DNA from: Candidatus Babeliales bacterium
Lineage (GTDB): Bacteria > Babelota > Babeliae > Babelales > JANWKD01
Length of the DNA stretch: 64,000 nt
Assembly: GCA_963762115.1 (NCBI GenBank)
Contig: CAVXJH010000005.1
Location: 96,001 to 160,000, forward strand
Direction: 5' to 3'
The stretch's first letter is position 1. Every line of letters begins with the position of its first letter. The translations under genes were made by a program, and so were the position numbers. Positions 7,972-18,677 of this stretch are shown piece after piece. The notes below the pieces were generated by a model. That model saw only the letters and a list, made by a program, of their open reading frames with translations. It ran no database searches and was not told the origin of the DNA.

Positions 7972-10148
7972 GTAAGATCGCTCGTTAAAAACTGTTGCAA
8001 TAATGTTTTACGAACAATTGCTTTGTTATTCTTAACAGCCATAGCAATTGCTTTTGTTTGTCCTATTAAAATACACAATTTTTTAGCCCGCGTCAGCGCA
8101 GTATATAATAAATTACGCTGCAACAACATAAAATGTTGCATAAAAATTGGAATAATAATTGCTTGATATTCAGAGCCCTGACTTTTGTGAATAGAAAGCG
8201 CATAAGCAAGCACCAATTCATTTAATTCATCATACTCATACAACACCTTACGCTCAAAATAGGAAACAGTCATTGTTTTATCTTCTAGATGAATCTCTTC
8301 TATAGTGCCCGTATCACCGTTGAATACTAATTTATCATAATTGTTGCGAATCTGCATGACACGATCACCAAGCTTGAATAAAGCACCGTGATAAGTCAAT
8401 TGCACCGATGCATCGGCATTAAGAAACTGTTGCAAATGTTGATTCAAAATTTGCGTTCCGACAACACCACGATTCATAGGCACTAATATCGTTGCATCGT
8501 CAGGAGCAATGCCATACGTTGGCAATGTTGTTGTATACAACGATTTAATGTGCTTCAAAACATTATCTGGATCTTCTTCTTTGATAAAAATAAAATCTTT
8601 TCGTGAATCGGCTAAAAAGGAAGTGGGAAATTCTCCCTTATTAACGCGGTGAGCATTCACCACAATCAAACTATTTTGTGCTTGGCGAAAGATATGCGTC
8701 AATTCTATAGTGGGAATACAACCACTGGCAATGAGATCTCGTAAAAAATTGCCAGCACCAACAGAGGGCAATTGATCAATATCACCAATGAAAATAAGAT
8801 GGGTCCTTAAAGAGACTGCTTTGAGAAGCGCATGAGCCAAAAAGATATCAATCATTGATGCTTCATCAACAATCAAAAAATCTACTTTTAAGGCATTGCC
8901 TTCATTATGCACAAATTGCATAGTACTTACATCAAATTCCAACAAACGATGTAGGGTAACGGCATGCCGATTCGTGCTCTCAAGCATGCGCTTAGCTGCT
9001 CTGCCAGTTGGCGCAGCAAGCTGGTAAGAAAGTTTATTTTCTTCTAATAATGACAATAAATTTTTTATAACCGTTGTTTTTCCCGTGCCAGGGCCACCAG
9101 TAATGATGGCAACTTTTTCTTGCAAGCAAGTCATGATACCTTGTTGTTGATGTTCGTGTAATTCAACACCATTATTTACGTTGCCAATTCTTAATTTTTT
9201 ATAAATCTCTTCAAAATCAAAAGTATGCTGTTTGGGATGAGCAAGCAAATCTTTAATTTTTTTTGCAACCGCTTTTTCAACGCCATAATGTGCAGCCAAT
9301 GATAACCAATGCTCATCGTTAAGAGTAACCAATTTAATTTTTTCAGCTGCATGCAGTTCATGCAATGCCGCTCTAATAGTGACTTCATGTTCAGTATAAT
9401 CAAGTTCTAGAAGTTCAATGACCTTGACTTTAAGATCATTCAGTTCTGCATAAAGGTGACCTTGACTTGCGATATCGGTTAAGAAAAAAAGCATGCCAGC
9501 TTTTATACGCTTGAGCGAATGCTTTTCAAAGCCAAGATTTTGTGCAATCTTATCGGCCGTTTTAAAGCCTATACCCCAAATTTCTTCAGCCAATCGATAG
9601 GGATTTTCTTGTAACAAAGCGAGCGATTCATGACCCCATTTCTTATAAATTTTCACGGCATAAGCAGTTGAAACACCTTTCTCTTGCAAAAAAACCATGA
9701 CTGAAGCTATTTGCTTTTGATCTTGCCATGCAGTAATAATTTGTTCGCGACGCTTTTGACCAATACCGGCGACTTCTTGTAATCGTTGTGGCTGCTGATC
9801 AATAACTTCTAATACCGTCACACCAAAATGATTCACTAATTTTTCGGCATATACAGGACCAATGCCCTTAATTAAGCCTGAGCCAAGATATTTTTTAAGC
9901 CCAACTATCGTTTCAGGAACTTTTGCCGTACAGCTTTTTGCTTCAAATTGTCGACCAAATTTTGCATGACTAACCCAGGCGCCTTGCAAAGAAACATGCT
10001 CACCTGGGTTTATTGCGCTCAAATACCCTTTTACTATTGCCGTGGTATTACTTTTTAATTGCAATACAAATACAGAAAAGCCGTTGTCAGCGCTTTTGAA
10101 AAGTAATCGCTCAACAACTCCCTGTAATTCTTCTTGAAAGGGTTCCAT
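7962..10148 (-). CDS. recD2: ATP-dependent RecD-like DNA helicase RecD2
   Basis: GIGP/GIGFKTAD HhH motifs, Walker A GGPGTGKT, APTGRAA, DEASM, GDIDQLPSVG, IHKSQGSEY, LLYTALTRAK. Confidence 0.95.
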   Translation of the reverse strand: MEPFQEELQGVVERLLFKSADNGFSVFVLQLKSNTTAIVKGYLSAINPGEHVSLQGAWVSHAKFGRQFEAKSCTAKVPETIVGLKKYLGSGLIKGIGPVYAEKLVNHFGVTVLEVIDQQPQRLQEVAGIGQKRREQIITAWQDQKQIASVMVFLQEKGVSTAYAVKIYKKWGHESLALLQENPYRLAEEIWGIGFKTADKIAQNLGFEKHSLKRIKAGMLFFLTDIASQGHLYAELNDLKVKVIELLELDYTEHEVTIRAALHELHAAEKIKLVTLNDEHWLSLAAHYGVEKAVAKKIKDLLAHPKQHTFDFEEIYKKLRIGNVNNGVELHEHQQQGIMTCLQEKVAIITGGPGTGKTTVIKNLLSLLEENKLSYQLAAPTGRAAKRMLESTNRHAVTLHRLLEFDVSTMQFVHNEGNALKVDFLIVDEASMIDIFLAHALLKAVSLRTHLIFIGDIDQLPSVGAGNFLRDLIASGCIPTIELTHIFRQAQNSLIVVNAHRVNKGEFPTSFLADSRKDFIFIKEEDPDNVLKHIKSLYTTTLPTYGIAPDDATILVPMNRGVVGTQILNQHLQQFLNADASVQLTYHGALFKLGDRVMQIRNNYDKLVFNGDTGTIEEIHLEDKTMTVSYFERKVLYEYDELNELVLAYALSIHKSQGSEYQAIIIPIFMQHFMLLQRNLLYTALTRAKKLCILIGQTKAIAMAVKNNKAIVRKTLLQQFLTSDLTCR

Positions 10149-10232
10149 ATAATGCTCATATTTTTTTCAATTAATCTAACTCACTTTGATCACACCGACA
10201 TTTCATTTAAAGCAAATTAGATACACTACAAC

Positions 10233-10363
10233 GTCATTATGAGGAAATTTACTTAAGTAAATTTCCGTAGTAATCCAGAACTAATTATATTTCCTAATTT
10301 ATTTTAGGAATAATTTTTTATAGACTGGATTCCTACGCCATGCTGCGCAAGGCTCAGAATGAC
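10233..10363. repeat. Palindromic element family B, copy 2
   Basis: gtcattatgagg...taatccag...ctggattcctacgcc...ggctcagaatgac with nested inverted repeats. Confidence 0.8.
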
Positions 10364-10433
10364 ATGTATATCTTTTAATGCTTTTGCTTTGCATAAAGTT
10401 ATTTACTTTACAAATTAATGTACATTCATTTAA

Positions 10434-11396
10434 TCATTTTTTTGGTTTTGATAATTCAAGAAATTGCTGCCAACCTCTAGGACAACTATCAATAACATCT
10501 TTTAAAAAATGAGTAAGATCGGTTGAAAATTCATCTAAAACTTTACAACTTGTCATCGTCTTATTAAAGATAACAAATTCCTGGCCATCTGCAATAGTTG
10601 ACCACTGCAATAAAAAGCTTTTTGGCCGATTTCTTTTTTGACAAAATTCTTCAACTAATTTAAAAAGAAACTTTTTTGCACCGGTCATTTTTTTACTAAA
10701 CGGTTGTAATATTTTTAAAACATCTTCTTTAACGATGATAAACACTGGCGCAAGATCTTCTCGATAGATCGCATGTTCTTTTTGCAGACTCGTATATGCT
10801 TCTTCATACCCCTCGATATCTTGAATATAAGCACGCTTCAACATTTCTTCCTGCTCTACTACCGCATTTTGATAGCTTTCATACAAAGCTTCTTCCATTG
10901 AAATTTGCTCTCGAACAACATGTTCATCTTCCAAAGTACGCTCAACAACCTCTTGTCGTTCACAACACTCTTCTTCAAATTTTTTTTCTAATACCGCCAA
11001 AGCTTCGGCAAGCTCCTCTTGATACTGCTCATATGCCATTTTATCTATATAGCGACATTCAAGTTCGTATTTTTTTGCATAATATGCTGCATCGTTCATT
11101 CGCTCATATTCAGCCAATGTATGCAAGGTATACCGCTTTCCTTGAAAAACATATTTTCCTTCATAGATGTTTTTTTCAGGATTTAACATACCAAACTGAA
11201 CCTTTTTAATGCCATGCCTAATACGCATCATATCCCAAATAGTTGCGCCATCAAGCGCAAATGGTATGCCATCAAGCAATTTTAAAACAGCGTTGGTAAG
11301 CGGTGGTGGCCCCAAGATGACAGCGGCAAAAATAACAGCCGATGAAAAATACAAGACTAAATATGCCAAACCTTTTTTTCTTGAACAAACTTTCAT
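10434..11396 (-). CDS. Hypothetical protein with N-terminal hydrophobic segment and acidic coiled coil
   Basis: 320-aa ORF with strong RBS (aggaggag); E/Y-rich helical centre. Confidence 0.75.
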   Translation of the reverse strand: MKVCSRKKGLAYLVLYFSSAVIFAAVILGPPPLTNAVLKLLDGIPFALDGATIWDMMRIRHGIKKVQFGMLNPEKNIYEGKYVFQGKRYTLHTLAEYERMNDAAYYAKKYELECRYIDKMAYEQYQEELAEALAVLEKKFEEECCERQEVVERTLEDEHVVREQISMEEALYESYQNAVVEQEEMLKRAYIQDIEGYEEAYTSLQKEHAIYREDLAPVFIIVKEDVLKILQPFSKKMTGAKKFLFKLVEEFCQKRNRPKSFLLQWSTIADGQEFVIFNKTMTSCKVLDEFSTDLTHFLKDVIDSCPRGWQQFLELSKPKK

Positions 11397-11424
11397 ACTA
11401 ACTCCTCCTTTGCATTATTATTTT

Positions 11425-13029
11425 TTATACCTCTGCTGCAAAGCGTAGTGTTACGTTAAAATCTTTCCCAATACCACTACTCAGAAAGGTATAATCCCCA
11501 TATAACGTCAAACACCAATCAAATTTCTCCCCCCTTCCCTCATAATTAGTCGAAATAAAAATTTTATTCTGATAGGCACCAGGCTTCACGGCAATATCAG
11601 TTCTAATTTCAGCAACTTGCCATGGTGTTGCATAAATAGTCCCTAAGCGCTCTCTATCTTGCCACCACAAATCAAATCCTAATCCAAGCTTCCATCTTTT
11701 TCTTTTGCCCAAAACAGAATCTATACATGAGGTAAATTTAAAAATAAATCCTGGATAAATCATCGTCTGATATACTTTTGGTATTAAGGTATTGATTAAT
11801 TGTTGATTTAAAAATGCTAATTTAAACGGAGCATCTGCTGGATTAGCGGGTGGAACTTGAGATGTTGTATAAGGCTCCAATGCGTTAAATTCCTGACTAA
11901 ATTTTTTGGTGATATAAAACCGCGTATCAAGCGCAGGACATAAATACTCTAACGCGCTTCTGGTTGTCATGCTAAAACGATCATTAAATTGTAAAAATTT
12001 TTCTGCAAAAATCATAAGACCCAAATGGCCATTATTACCTAACGAAGTTTGTAATAAATTTGCCGATAGTTTGTCAAAAGCAGAAAGTAAAAAATTCACT
12101 GAAATTGCTTCAATTTGCATAGGATCATTCACTTCACAGAAAACCAACTGAAATAATTCTAAAATATTGAATATTGGATGATTAGAATTTTTTTTGAAAT
12201 GAGAACCAAGCAGCCCCTTTTTAAAAGAGATCTGTGTTGGAATTGTTGCTTCAACGCCAACATTAAGCTGCAAGCTCTCATGCTCAACGACAAAATAACC
12301 AAGAGTCAACCGCGTATCGCCAAAGCCAATTCGATCACTAATAAAATGTTTTTGTTGCTCTGGATCACTTGGACCAAAAAATGCTTCTAAGAGTTTTTGT
12401 TCTTCAGGAGTCACAAAAAAATTGCGCTCAAGATAATATAATGGCGTTTTGAATTCTAGATTAAAACGACCATTTGCATGCGCAACACCAAACATAAATC
12501 CCCCCCGTCGCTCTTGCATCTTCAAAAGGCCAAATAATTCAATCGCCGTTGGAATATTAATACCCAAATCAAGCTGATCAATATTTTGTATAAAATTAGC
12601 ATTTTCAAGGTCCCAATAAGAAGTAATATTTATTCCTTCATCAGTAAAATTTGCTCGTGTTGTTTCATTATAAAAAAACCAACTATTAATTTGCCAGCGT
12701 TGAGGCAAACAATATTCATGAATTAAAAATTGAGGCATATCAAGCAGGGATCTTTGATTAACATTATAAGTATGTAAATATAAATTCTGCTGTAATTTAC
12801 TTTGCGCATCAATAGTTGCCGGATCTGCAATAAAATCTAAAACACCTTGTGCATCAATACAAGCAGTCGCTCGTAATCCTTCATGATCTTCCAGCATAGT
12901 TGCATAATTATCAAGCTCATCAACTATATATTCATCATAAGCTTCATCTATTGAATATACCGAGGCACAAGCAAAAAAAACAACAAAAACACACCCTACT
13001 ATTCTCTTTTTCATATAAACTGCTTTCAT
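11425..13029 (-). CDS. Hypothetical exported protein, possible outer-membrane beta-barrel
   Basis: Signal peptide (likely start 13014, MKKRIV); amphipathic aromatic strands, GFGDTRLTLGY; shares a LG.NxH.G motif with 26655-28184. Confidence 0.6.
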   Translation of the reverse strand: MKAVYMKKRIVGCVFVVFFACASVYSIDEAYDEYIVDELDNYATMLEDHEGLRATACIDAQGVLDFIADPATIDAQSKLQQNLYLHTYNVNQRSLLDMPQFLIHEYCLPQRWQINSWFFYNETTRANFTDEGINITSYWDLENANFIQNIDQLDLGINIPTAIELFGLLKMQERRGGFMFGVAHANGRFNLEFKTPLYYLERNFFVTPEEQKLLEAFFGPSDPEQQKHFISDRIGFGDTRLTLGYFVVEHESLQLNVGVEATIPTQISFKKGLLGSHFKKNSNHPIFNILELFQLVFCEVNDPMQIEAISVNFLLSAFDKLSANLLQTSLGNNGHLGLMIFAEKFLQFNDRFSMTTRSALEYLCPALDTRFYITKKFSQEFNALEPYTTSQVPPANPADAPFKLAFLNQQLINTLIPKVYQTMIYPGFIFKFTSCIDSVLGKRKRWKLGLGFDLWWQDRERLGTIYATPWQVAEIRTDIAVKPGAYQNKIFISTNYEGRGEKFDWCLTLYGDYTFLSSGIGKDFNVTLRFAAEV

Positions 13030-13224
13030 TCTACAAAGGGATTATTTTTTACCAGATAAGATTAGGCTTATCTTAACTAATTTTTGAGATCATGACAAAA
13101 ACGATACTAACAAATCAGTCAAAAAACTATCATTGAAATTATCCTTTTTACCATGCTATAGTTGTGCTACTGTCAACAGAGCAATGTAATAAAAAAAATA
13201 ATCTTCTCTTAACAAGAAACAGGA

Positions 13225-14625
13225 ATGATTATGATCAAAAAGATACCATTTTTCTCACTCTTTATTCTCCTTTTTTTAGGCACAATCTATACCCAACGAC
13301 ACACAAACAAATCATTAATCCCGCAAGTTAAAAAAACCACTTTTTTCAAAGCTCAAAATCTTAAAGATCAACGCCTCTTTAAAAAAATAATGAGTGATGT
13401 AGGAAAAAAATATAAAAATGATAAAAAAGCATATTATACTTTTATAACAAAAAAAAATGATGATGGCATGACGCCGCTCATGATTGCTTCAGTAACCTTT
13501 GACACAGAACAAGTTATTTTCTTACTTGATGAAATAGCAAAATATTATGGCAATAAAAAAACAAGCGAAGACAAAAAACAAATTTTTAATTATCTCGATT
13601 CACGTGGTCCAGAAGGTAATTCTGCATTTTTTTTCGCAACACAAAATGGTGATTATAAAACTATTAAGGCAATGATTAAACGCGTGCCAAAAATGTTAGA
13701 TGATAAACAATTATTTCTTAAATTTTTGACGGCAACGACCTATTCAGATAAATGGACTCCCTTACATTGGTTGGTTTACGACGGTGCAACCCAGACATTA
13801 GAATATCTAGTCACTTCAGCTGAAAAAATTCTTGGAAAACATTCACCAGAATTTGATGCATTCATAAATCCAATAAACGAAGATGGCGGAACACCGCTTA
13901 ATTATGCACTCAAAGGCAATAATAGAAAATTCCTTTTAGAACAAGGCGCAAACACTATTCATCCATTCAATCAAGATATTCAAGATGCACGTGCATTGTC
14001 GACACAATTCTTAGAAGCTCTTCATGATGCTGCATTTGGCAAAATGCAAAAAATCATGTATCAAGCTCAAGAAAAATTTCAATCAAATCCAAATCTATTT
14101 TACGAATTCATCACCGCAAAAGATGATGCTGGATGGGACCTTTTAATGCATGCCGTCACCCAAGGACGTTATGAATATGTCGCTTTCATACTCTATGCGA
14201 CAGAAAAATATTTTCATAATAAATCACAATATATTTATGATGTATTAAGCAGTGTTGCAATAGATGGCAATAGCCCTTTACTGCTTGCAATATTACGCAG
14301 AAATTTTGAAATCGCTAAACTGCTTATCGAAAAAATAAAAAAATATTCAAAAAATAAATATTTTTTTTACATGATCATGAATACAACAAATTATCCAAAG
14401 GGATTAACACCACTCTTTGCAACGGTTTTCTTTGGATCTGATAAAGATGAATTTTATGATACAAGCAAATTAATATTAGAATCTATTGCAGAGCGATTCG
14501 GCAAAGTTTCCCATGTCATGGATCTTTTTGTCAATAAAAGAAACTTGGATGGGTTTACGGCACTTTCCTATGCTTCTTCGGATAAATTAAAAAAATTATT
14601 GCGAGAGTATGGTGGGCATGAATGA
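13225..14625 (+). CDS. Secreted ankyrin-repeat protein
   Basis: Repeated DGMTPLMIA, GNSAFFFA, WTPLHWL, GGTPLNYA, GNSPLLLA, GLTPLFA, GFTALSYA; N-terminal signal peptide. Confidence 0.9.
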   Translation: MIMIKKIPFFSLFILLFLGTIYTQRHTNKSLIPQVKKTTFFKAQNLKDQRLFKKIMSDVGKKYKNDKKAYYTFITKKNDDGMTPLMIASVTFDTEQVIFLLDEIAKYYGNKKTSEDKKQIFNYLDSRGPEGNSAFFFATQNGDYKTIKAMIKRVPKMLDDKQLFLKFLTATTYSDKWTPLHWLVYDGATQTLEYLVTSAEKILGKHSPEFDAFINPINEDGGTPLNYALKGNNRKFLLEQGANTIHPFNQDIQDARALSTQFLEALHDAAFGKMQKIMYQAQEKFQSNPNLFYEFITAKDDAGWDLLMHAVTQGRYEYVAFILYATEKYFHNKSQYIYDVLSSVAIDGNSPLLLAILRRNFEIAKLLIEKIKKYSKNKYFFYMIMNTTNYPKGLTPLFATVFFGSDKDEFYDTSKLILESIAERFGKVSHVMDLFVNKRNLDGFTALSYASSDKLKKLLREYGGHE

Positions 14626-15118
14626 GTTATATTAAGGTATTTTGCTTGCCAAAAATACCTTAAACAAAAGCATAATATTCTGTTTGATAATTTTAAGCTT
14701 TTCATATTTTTGTTTCTTATTTTAAATCAATTTTTCTTTTTTTATTTGGCCTCATGTCGGCCAGACACAAAGGTATTGTTTGCCCAATACCTTTGATACA
14801 AGGGCACCAACGTTCCGTTGGATCTCTCTCCCACGCTCACATGAACCACTCACTCATTGATGCCTTCAGCATCAACGATTTCAGATTCATGGCGCGCTAC
14901 CGGAGTTACATTTTAAATTTTCCGTTGAGCAAAACTGTTGAATGATTTGCAAAATTTTTGTGAAGATGCACCTATCTGTCAAAACCTCGTTCGAAGACTA
15001 AAGAACTTGAAATATTATAGATATTGCATGGTGAAATTTTTATAAATAAGTTAGTCCGGTAGCGCGTCGTGCACCCGAAAGAATGATGCGAAGCATCATG
15101 ATGTGTGGTGCATATACG

Positions 15119-16580
15119 CTACTCTTTACCCACATTTTTACTATAATTAACGAGATACAGAGTTAATATATCAAAAAAAGAAAAGTAAAAAATGATTAAA
15201 GAATTGTGGGCAGCAAATGAGACTAATCGTATGTCATTAAAAGATAAACGCAGAAATGAAAGAGTTAGAATACTTCTAGAGGCCGTTGCCGATAGCCCAT
15301 CAGCAAGCATTTTACAAGCTTGCAACGGAGAAAATGCACAAGCAAAAGGTGCTTATCGTTTTCTTGCCACAACAGAAATTGATGAACAAGATATTCTCGA
15401 AGGACATTATCAAGCAACCGTCGAAAGAGCTGAAAATGCTGATGGAAAAGTCATTATTGTTAGCGATGGCATGGATGCATCTTTTAAAAATCTTAAAAAA
15501 ACTTCAGGGTTAGGAACTCTATCTAATACAAAAAGTTCACTTGGAATAAAAGTTCAAAATACGTATGTATTTAGTGAAAATTTTATTCCATTAGGGCTAA
15601 TAAATCAAAAGTATTGGATACGCAATAAAGAAGATTTTGGCAAAAAAAAACATAAGCTAAGGTTGCCTACAAAGGAAAAAGAATCTTATAATTGGATTGA
15701 ATCAATTTATCAAATAGAAAAAAAGCTTCCTATAAATAAAAGCTATTTATTTATAGGTGATGGTGGTGCCGATATTTATGATTTATTAACAGCAGAAAGG
15801 CGTGTAAATAGCGATTTACTCATTCATCTTGTGCAAAATAGAAATATACAGAACGAAGAAGAGCGTCTCTTTGAATTGCTGGAAAAACAATCAGTATTAG
15901 GCGTTATAACGAAAGAATTAGAACGTACAAAAACTCATTCTAAGAGAACTGCAAAGTTAGCGATTAGAGTCAAAGAAGTCGAAATTTGTTCTCCTTTAAA
16001 TCGAAAAAATGAAAAATTACCAACCATACATTTAACAGCGATTTATGTGCAAGAAATAGAATATGACAACTCAGTAAATGATCCAATAGTATGGCGACTT
16101 ATTACTACGATTAAAGTTCAATCATTGGAAGAAGCTGAAAAGCTTATTGCCCTTTACTCAAAACGTTGGCTCATTGAACGCTATCATTATATTTTAAAAG
16201 AAGGTTGTCGCATAGAAAAATTTCAAATGGAATCGGTTGATAACCTAAAAAGAACCTTGGCTGTTTACTCAATTGCTGCCTGGCGTTTAATTTATATCAC
16301 TTATCTTGCAAGAATTAAACCTGATGCCCCATGTAATTTAATTCTTACAACCGATGAAGCTGATGCGTTATATTGCACGCATCATAAAACTCTTACATTG
16401 CCCCCCAAATCTTTTTCTGTTAAAGAAGCAACTCAAATGATAGCAAAATTAGGAGGTTTTCTTGGCAGGAAAAACGATAAAGATCCTGGTGCAAAAGTTT
16501 TGTGGCAGGGATTATTTCGGCTAGAAGCCATTACACAAGCTTATCTTTTATTTAAAGAACTAAATGTGGGTAAAGAGTAG
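15119..16580 (+). mobile_element. IS4-family (IS50/Tn5-like) insertion sequence, 1462 bp
   Basis: Perfect 19-bp terminal IRs CTACTCTTTACCCACATTT; 8-bp target duplication CATATACG at 15111-15118 and 16581-16588. Confidence 0.95.
15192..16580 (+). CDS. IS4-family DDE transposase
   Basis: LKDKRRNER/AKGAYRF DNA-binding region, KESYNW, YSKRWLIERYHYILKEG (YREK-type), IAKLGGFLGRKND..PG. Stop codon coincides with the right IR end. Confidence 0.95.
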   Translation: MIKELWAANETNRMSLKDKRRNERVRILLEAVADSPSASILQACNGENAQAKGAYRFLATTEIDEQDILEGHYQATVERAENADGKVIIVSDGMDASFKNLKKTSGLGTLSNTKSSLGIKVQNTYVFSENFIPLGLINQKYWIRNKEDFGKKKHKLRLPTKEKESYNWIESIYQIEKKLPINKSYLFIGDGGADIYDLLTAERRVNSDLLIHLVQNRNIQNEEERLFELLEKQSVLGVITKELERTKTHSKRTAKLAIRVKEVEICSPLNRKNEKLPTIHLTAIYVQEIEYDNSVNDPIVWRLITTIKVQSLEEAEKLIALYSKRWLIERYHYILKEGCRIEKFQMESVDNLKRTLAVYSIAAWRLIYITYLARIKPDAPCNLILTTDEADALYCTHHKTLTLPPKSFSVKEATQMIAKLGGFLGRKNDKDPGAKVLWQGLFRLEAITQAYLLFKELNVGKE

Positions 16581-16728
16581 CATATACGCGCGGAAGATTT
16601 GATCCAACAGAATGTTGGGGCCCTTGTATCCAATGTATTGGGCAAACAATACATTGGTGCTGCCCGCATAGGGCCGATAGATTTTATTTAAAAAAATTAT
16701 GAAAAAAATAAAAATTCAAAATAAGTAT

Positions 16729-17394
16729 TTAATTTTGGCCCTCTAACGCAACATCATACAAATTTTTAAGCGCAGCAATCTGATCAGCTTTTGAAAAAAT
16801 CGCCGAAGCAACGGCAAACGAAGTGGCACCATGTTGCACAAGCTCATGAATATTAGTTTCATTAATACCACCATCCATGCCAATTTCAAATTTCAAACCT
16901 TGTTGCAGCTTATAAGCATGCAATGCTTTGAGCCTCTCAATCGACTCTTTCAAAAACGATTGTCCAGAAAAGCCTGGTTGCACAGACATCAACAAGACTT
17001 GATCAATGGATATCAAATGAGAAAAAATTTGTCTCAGCTCAGTTTTGGGGCTTATTGCAAGACAAGTTATTGCTTTTTTTTCTTTTATGATTTTATTTAT
17101 GCTTTCGATATCTGCATTTGATTCAATGTGAAATGATACAATATCACCAGCTCGTAACGCCAATTGTTTGATAATTTTTTCAGGATTTTCTGCCATTATA
17201 TGAACAAAGAGTGTTTTTTTTGAAAATTTAGCAATTGCATTAACCATCAGGGGCCCCCAGGTTAAATTTGGCACAAAATGATTATCCATAATATCAAGAT
17301 GAAATCCATCGCAATAGAATTCTAATGCCATAATAATTTTTGCAAGGTGTAATTGATCTGCCGCAATTAATGAAGGGAAAATTTTAATACTCAT
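16729..17394 (-). CDS. rpe: Ribulose-phosphate 3-epimerase
   Basis: PSLIAAD, HLDIMDNHFVPNLTWG, LLMSVQPGFSGQ, DGGIN. Start taken at MSIKIF. Confidence 0.95.
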   Translation of the reverse strand: MSIKIFPSLIAADQLHLAKIIMALEFYCDGFHLDIMDNHFVPNLTWGPLMVNAIAKFSKKTLFVHIMAENPEKIIKQLALRAGDIVSFHIESNADIESINKIIKEKKAITCLAISPKTELRQIFSHLISIDQVLLMSVQPGFSGQSFLKESIERLKALHAYKLQQGLKFEIGMDGGINETNIHELVQHGATSFAVASAIFSKADQIAALKNLYDVALEGQN

Positions 17395-17478
17395 ATTTTT
17401 CTCGTTTTGTACTATATTAATGTAAAATAACCTCAAATTCACAAAAATAACTTAAATGAGATAAAAAAAATCGCAAAT

Positions 17479-17576
17479 GTCATCCTGAGGCGTAGCCGTA
17501 GGGATCCAGTCTATAAAATTATTTCATAATAAATTCTGGATTCCTACGCTCTCGCTTTGCTCGAGCTCAGAATGAC
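17479..17576. repeat. Palindromic element family B, copy 3
   Basis: gtcatcctgaggcgtagccgtagggatccag...ctggattcctacgc...gctcagaatgac. Confidence 0.85.
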
Positions 17577-17702
17577 AGTCGTATGCAAATTTCTCATGTC
17601 ATTTTTCCTGATAATCATCCAATCTTATACATAAACAATATTACTAAAATACTGTATACTATAAAGGGACACAAATCATAGATTTATAATGAAAGTATCA
17701 GA

Positions 17703-18155
17703 ATGGCCAATCAACAAATCTCAGTTAATATGTTTATTTTAATGGAAAATGATATCTCAAAGGCAGTTGCCTTTTATCAAGATTTAGGCTTAAAACTCAA
17801 TTTTCATAGCTCAAATCGATGGGCTGAATTTGATATCAATGGTGTCAAAATGGGATTAGCTCAAACAACCCAAGAATTACCTGAGCGCCGCACAGGCATA
17901 GTGCTAGAAGTTGAAGATATTCAAAAATTTTATGATGAGCATAAGGATTCTGGTATTTCATTTTTAAGTGAGCCCGTTGAAGCGGTCCACGGTCTTATTT
18001 TAAGCTTCAGGGACCCAGGTAATAACATTTTAGATCTCTATCAACCAACACCTGAAAAATTAAAAGAAGCCATTAAAAAAGCAGCGGAAGAAGCTGAAAA
18101 AAAGGGCGGTTGTTGCCAATCAGAAAAAGCAGATGATAAAGGCTGTTGTAAGTAA
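17703..18155 (+). CDS. VOC/glyoxalase-family protein with Cys-pair tail
   Basis: DISKAVAFYQDLGL, LEVEDI, FRDPGNNILDL; tail GGCC...GCCK. Confidence 0.85.
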   Translation: MANQQISVNMFILMENDISKAVAFYQDLGLKLNFHSSNRWAEFDINGVKMGLAQTTQELPERRTGIVLEVEDIQKFYDEHKDSGISFLSEPVEAVHGLILSFRDPGNNILDLYQPTPEKLKEAIKKAAEEAEKKGGCCQSEKADDKGCCK

Positions 18156-18355
18156 AAATGTATAAAAACAAGCATATAAAATCTTCATAGATTTACTCTG
18201 TTTTCTTATATTTTTATTACAAAAAATATGAGTCACTTACTGTAAATCTTGAATTACTTATTTTTTATTGTATACTATTTTTTATCAGTGAAATACCCTT
18301 ATTTCGCTCTCTGTTTTTGTATAATTTTTTATTCCTTTTTAAATAGGAGAAAAAC

Positions 18356-18652
18356 ATGTCAGAATTTGAAAACATGCAACCATTAAGCGATAAGGCTTTG
18401 GTAAAACGTCTTGAAAATGAAGCAATGACACCAGGCGGACTCTTTATTCCTGATGCAGCCAAAGAAAAAGGCCAAAAAGGCACCGTTCTTGCTGTTGGTC
18501 CCGGTCGGACTACCCCAGAAGGAAAAACTATTCCTCTTGCTATTAAAGCAGGTGATATTGTTTATTTTGGCAAATATGCCGGCACTGAAGCTGGCAGTGA
18601 TTATCTCATTATCCGTGAAGATGAGATTTTAGGTGTCGTTAAAACAGCATAA
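18356..18652 (+). CDS. groES: Co-chaperonin GroES
   Basis: [43 protein letters not shown]. Confidence 0.97.
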   Translation: MSEFENMQPLSDKALVKRLENEAMTPGGLFIPDAAKEKGQKGTVLAVGPGRTTPEGKTIPLAIKAGDIVYFGKYAGTEAGSDYLIIREDEILGVVKTA

Positions 18653-18677
18653 TATAAAAAACAGATTAGGAGTTATT

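Larger units (their letters stand above)
14748..16676. repeat. Structured repeat family A, locus 2 (A3 14748-14920; inverted A4 15034-15118 + 16589-16676, split by IS)
   Basis: A3 and reconstructed A4 are reverse-complement homologs. A related hairpin ttaaggtatttt..aaaataccttaa lies at 14632-14663. Confidence 0.85.

Noticed and set aside
14748..16676. Repeat A as group II intron or known ribozyme
   Set aside because: No GTGCG 5' end, domain V or recognisable ribozyme core by eye; left unclassified.
18160..18355. CIRCE operator upstream of groES
   Set aside because: TTAGCACTC-N9-GAGTGCTAA not found.
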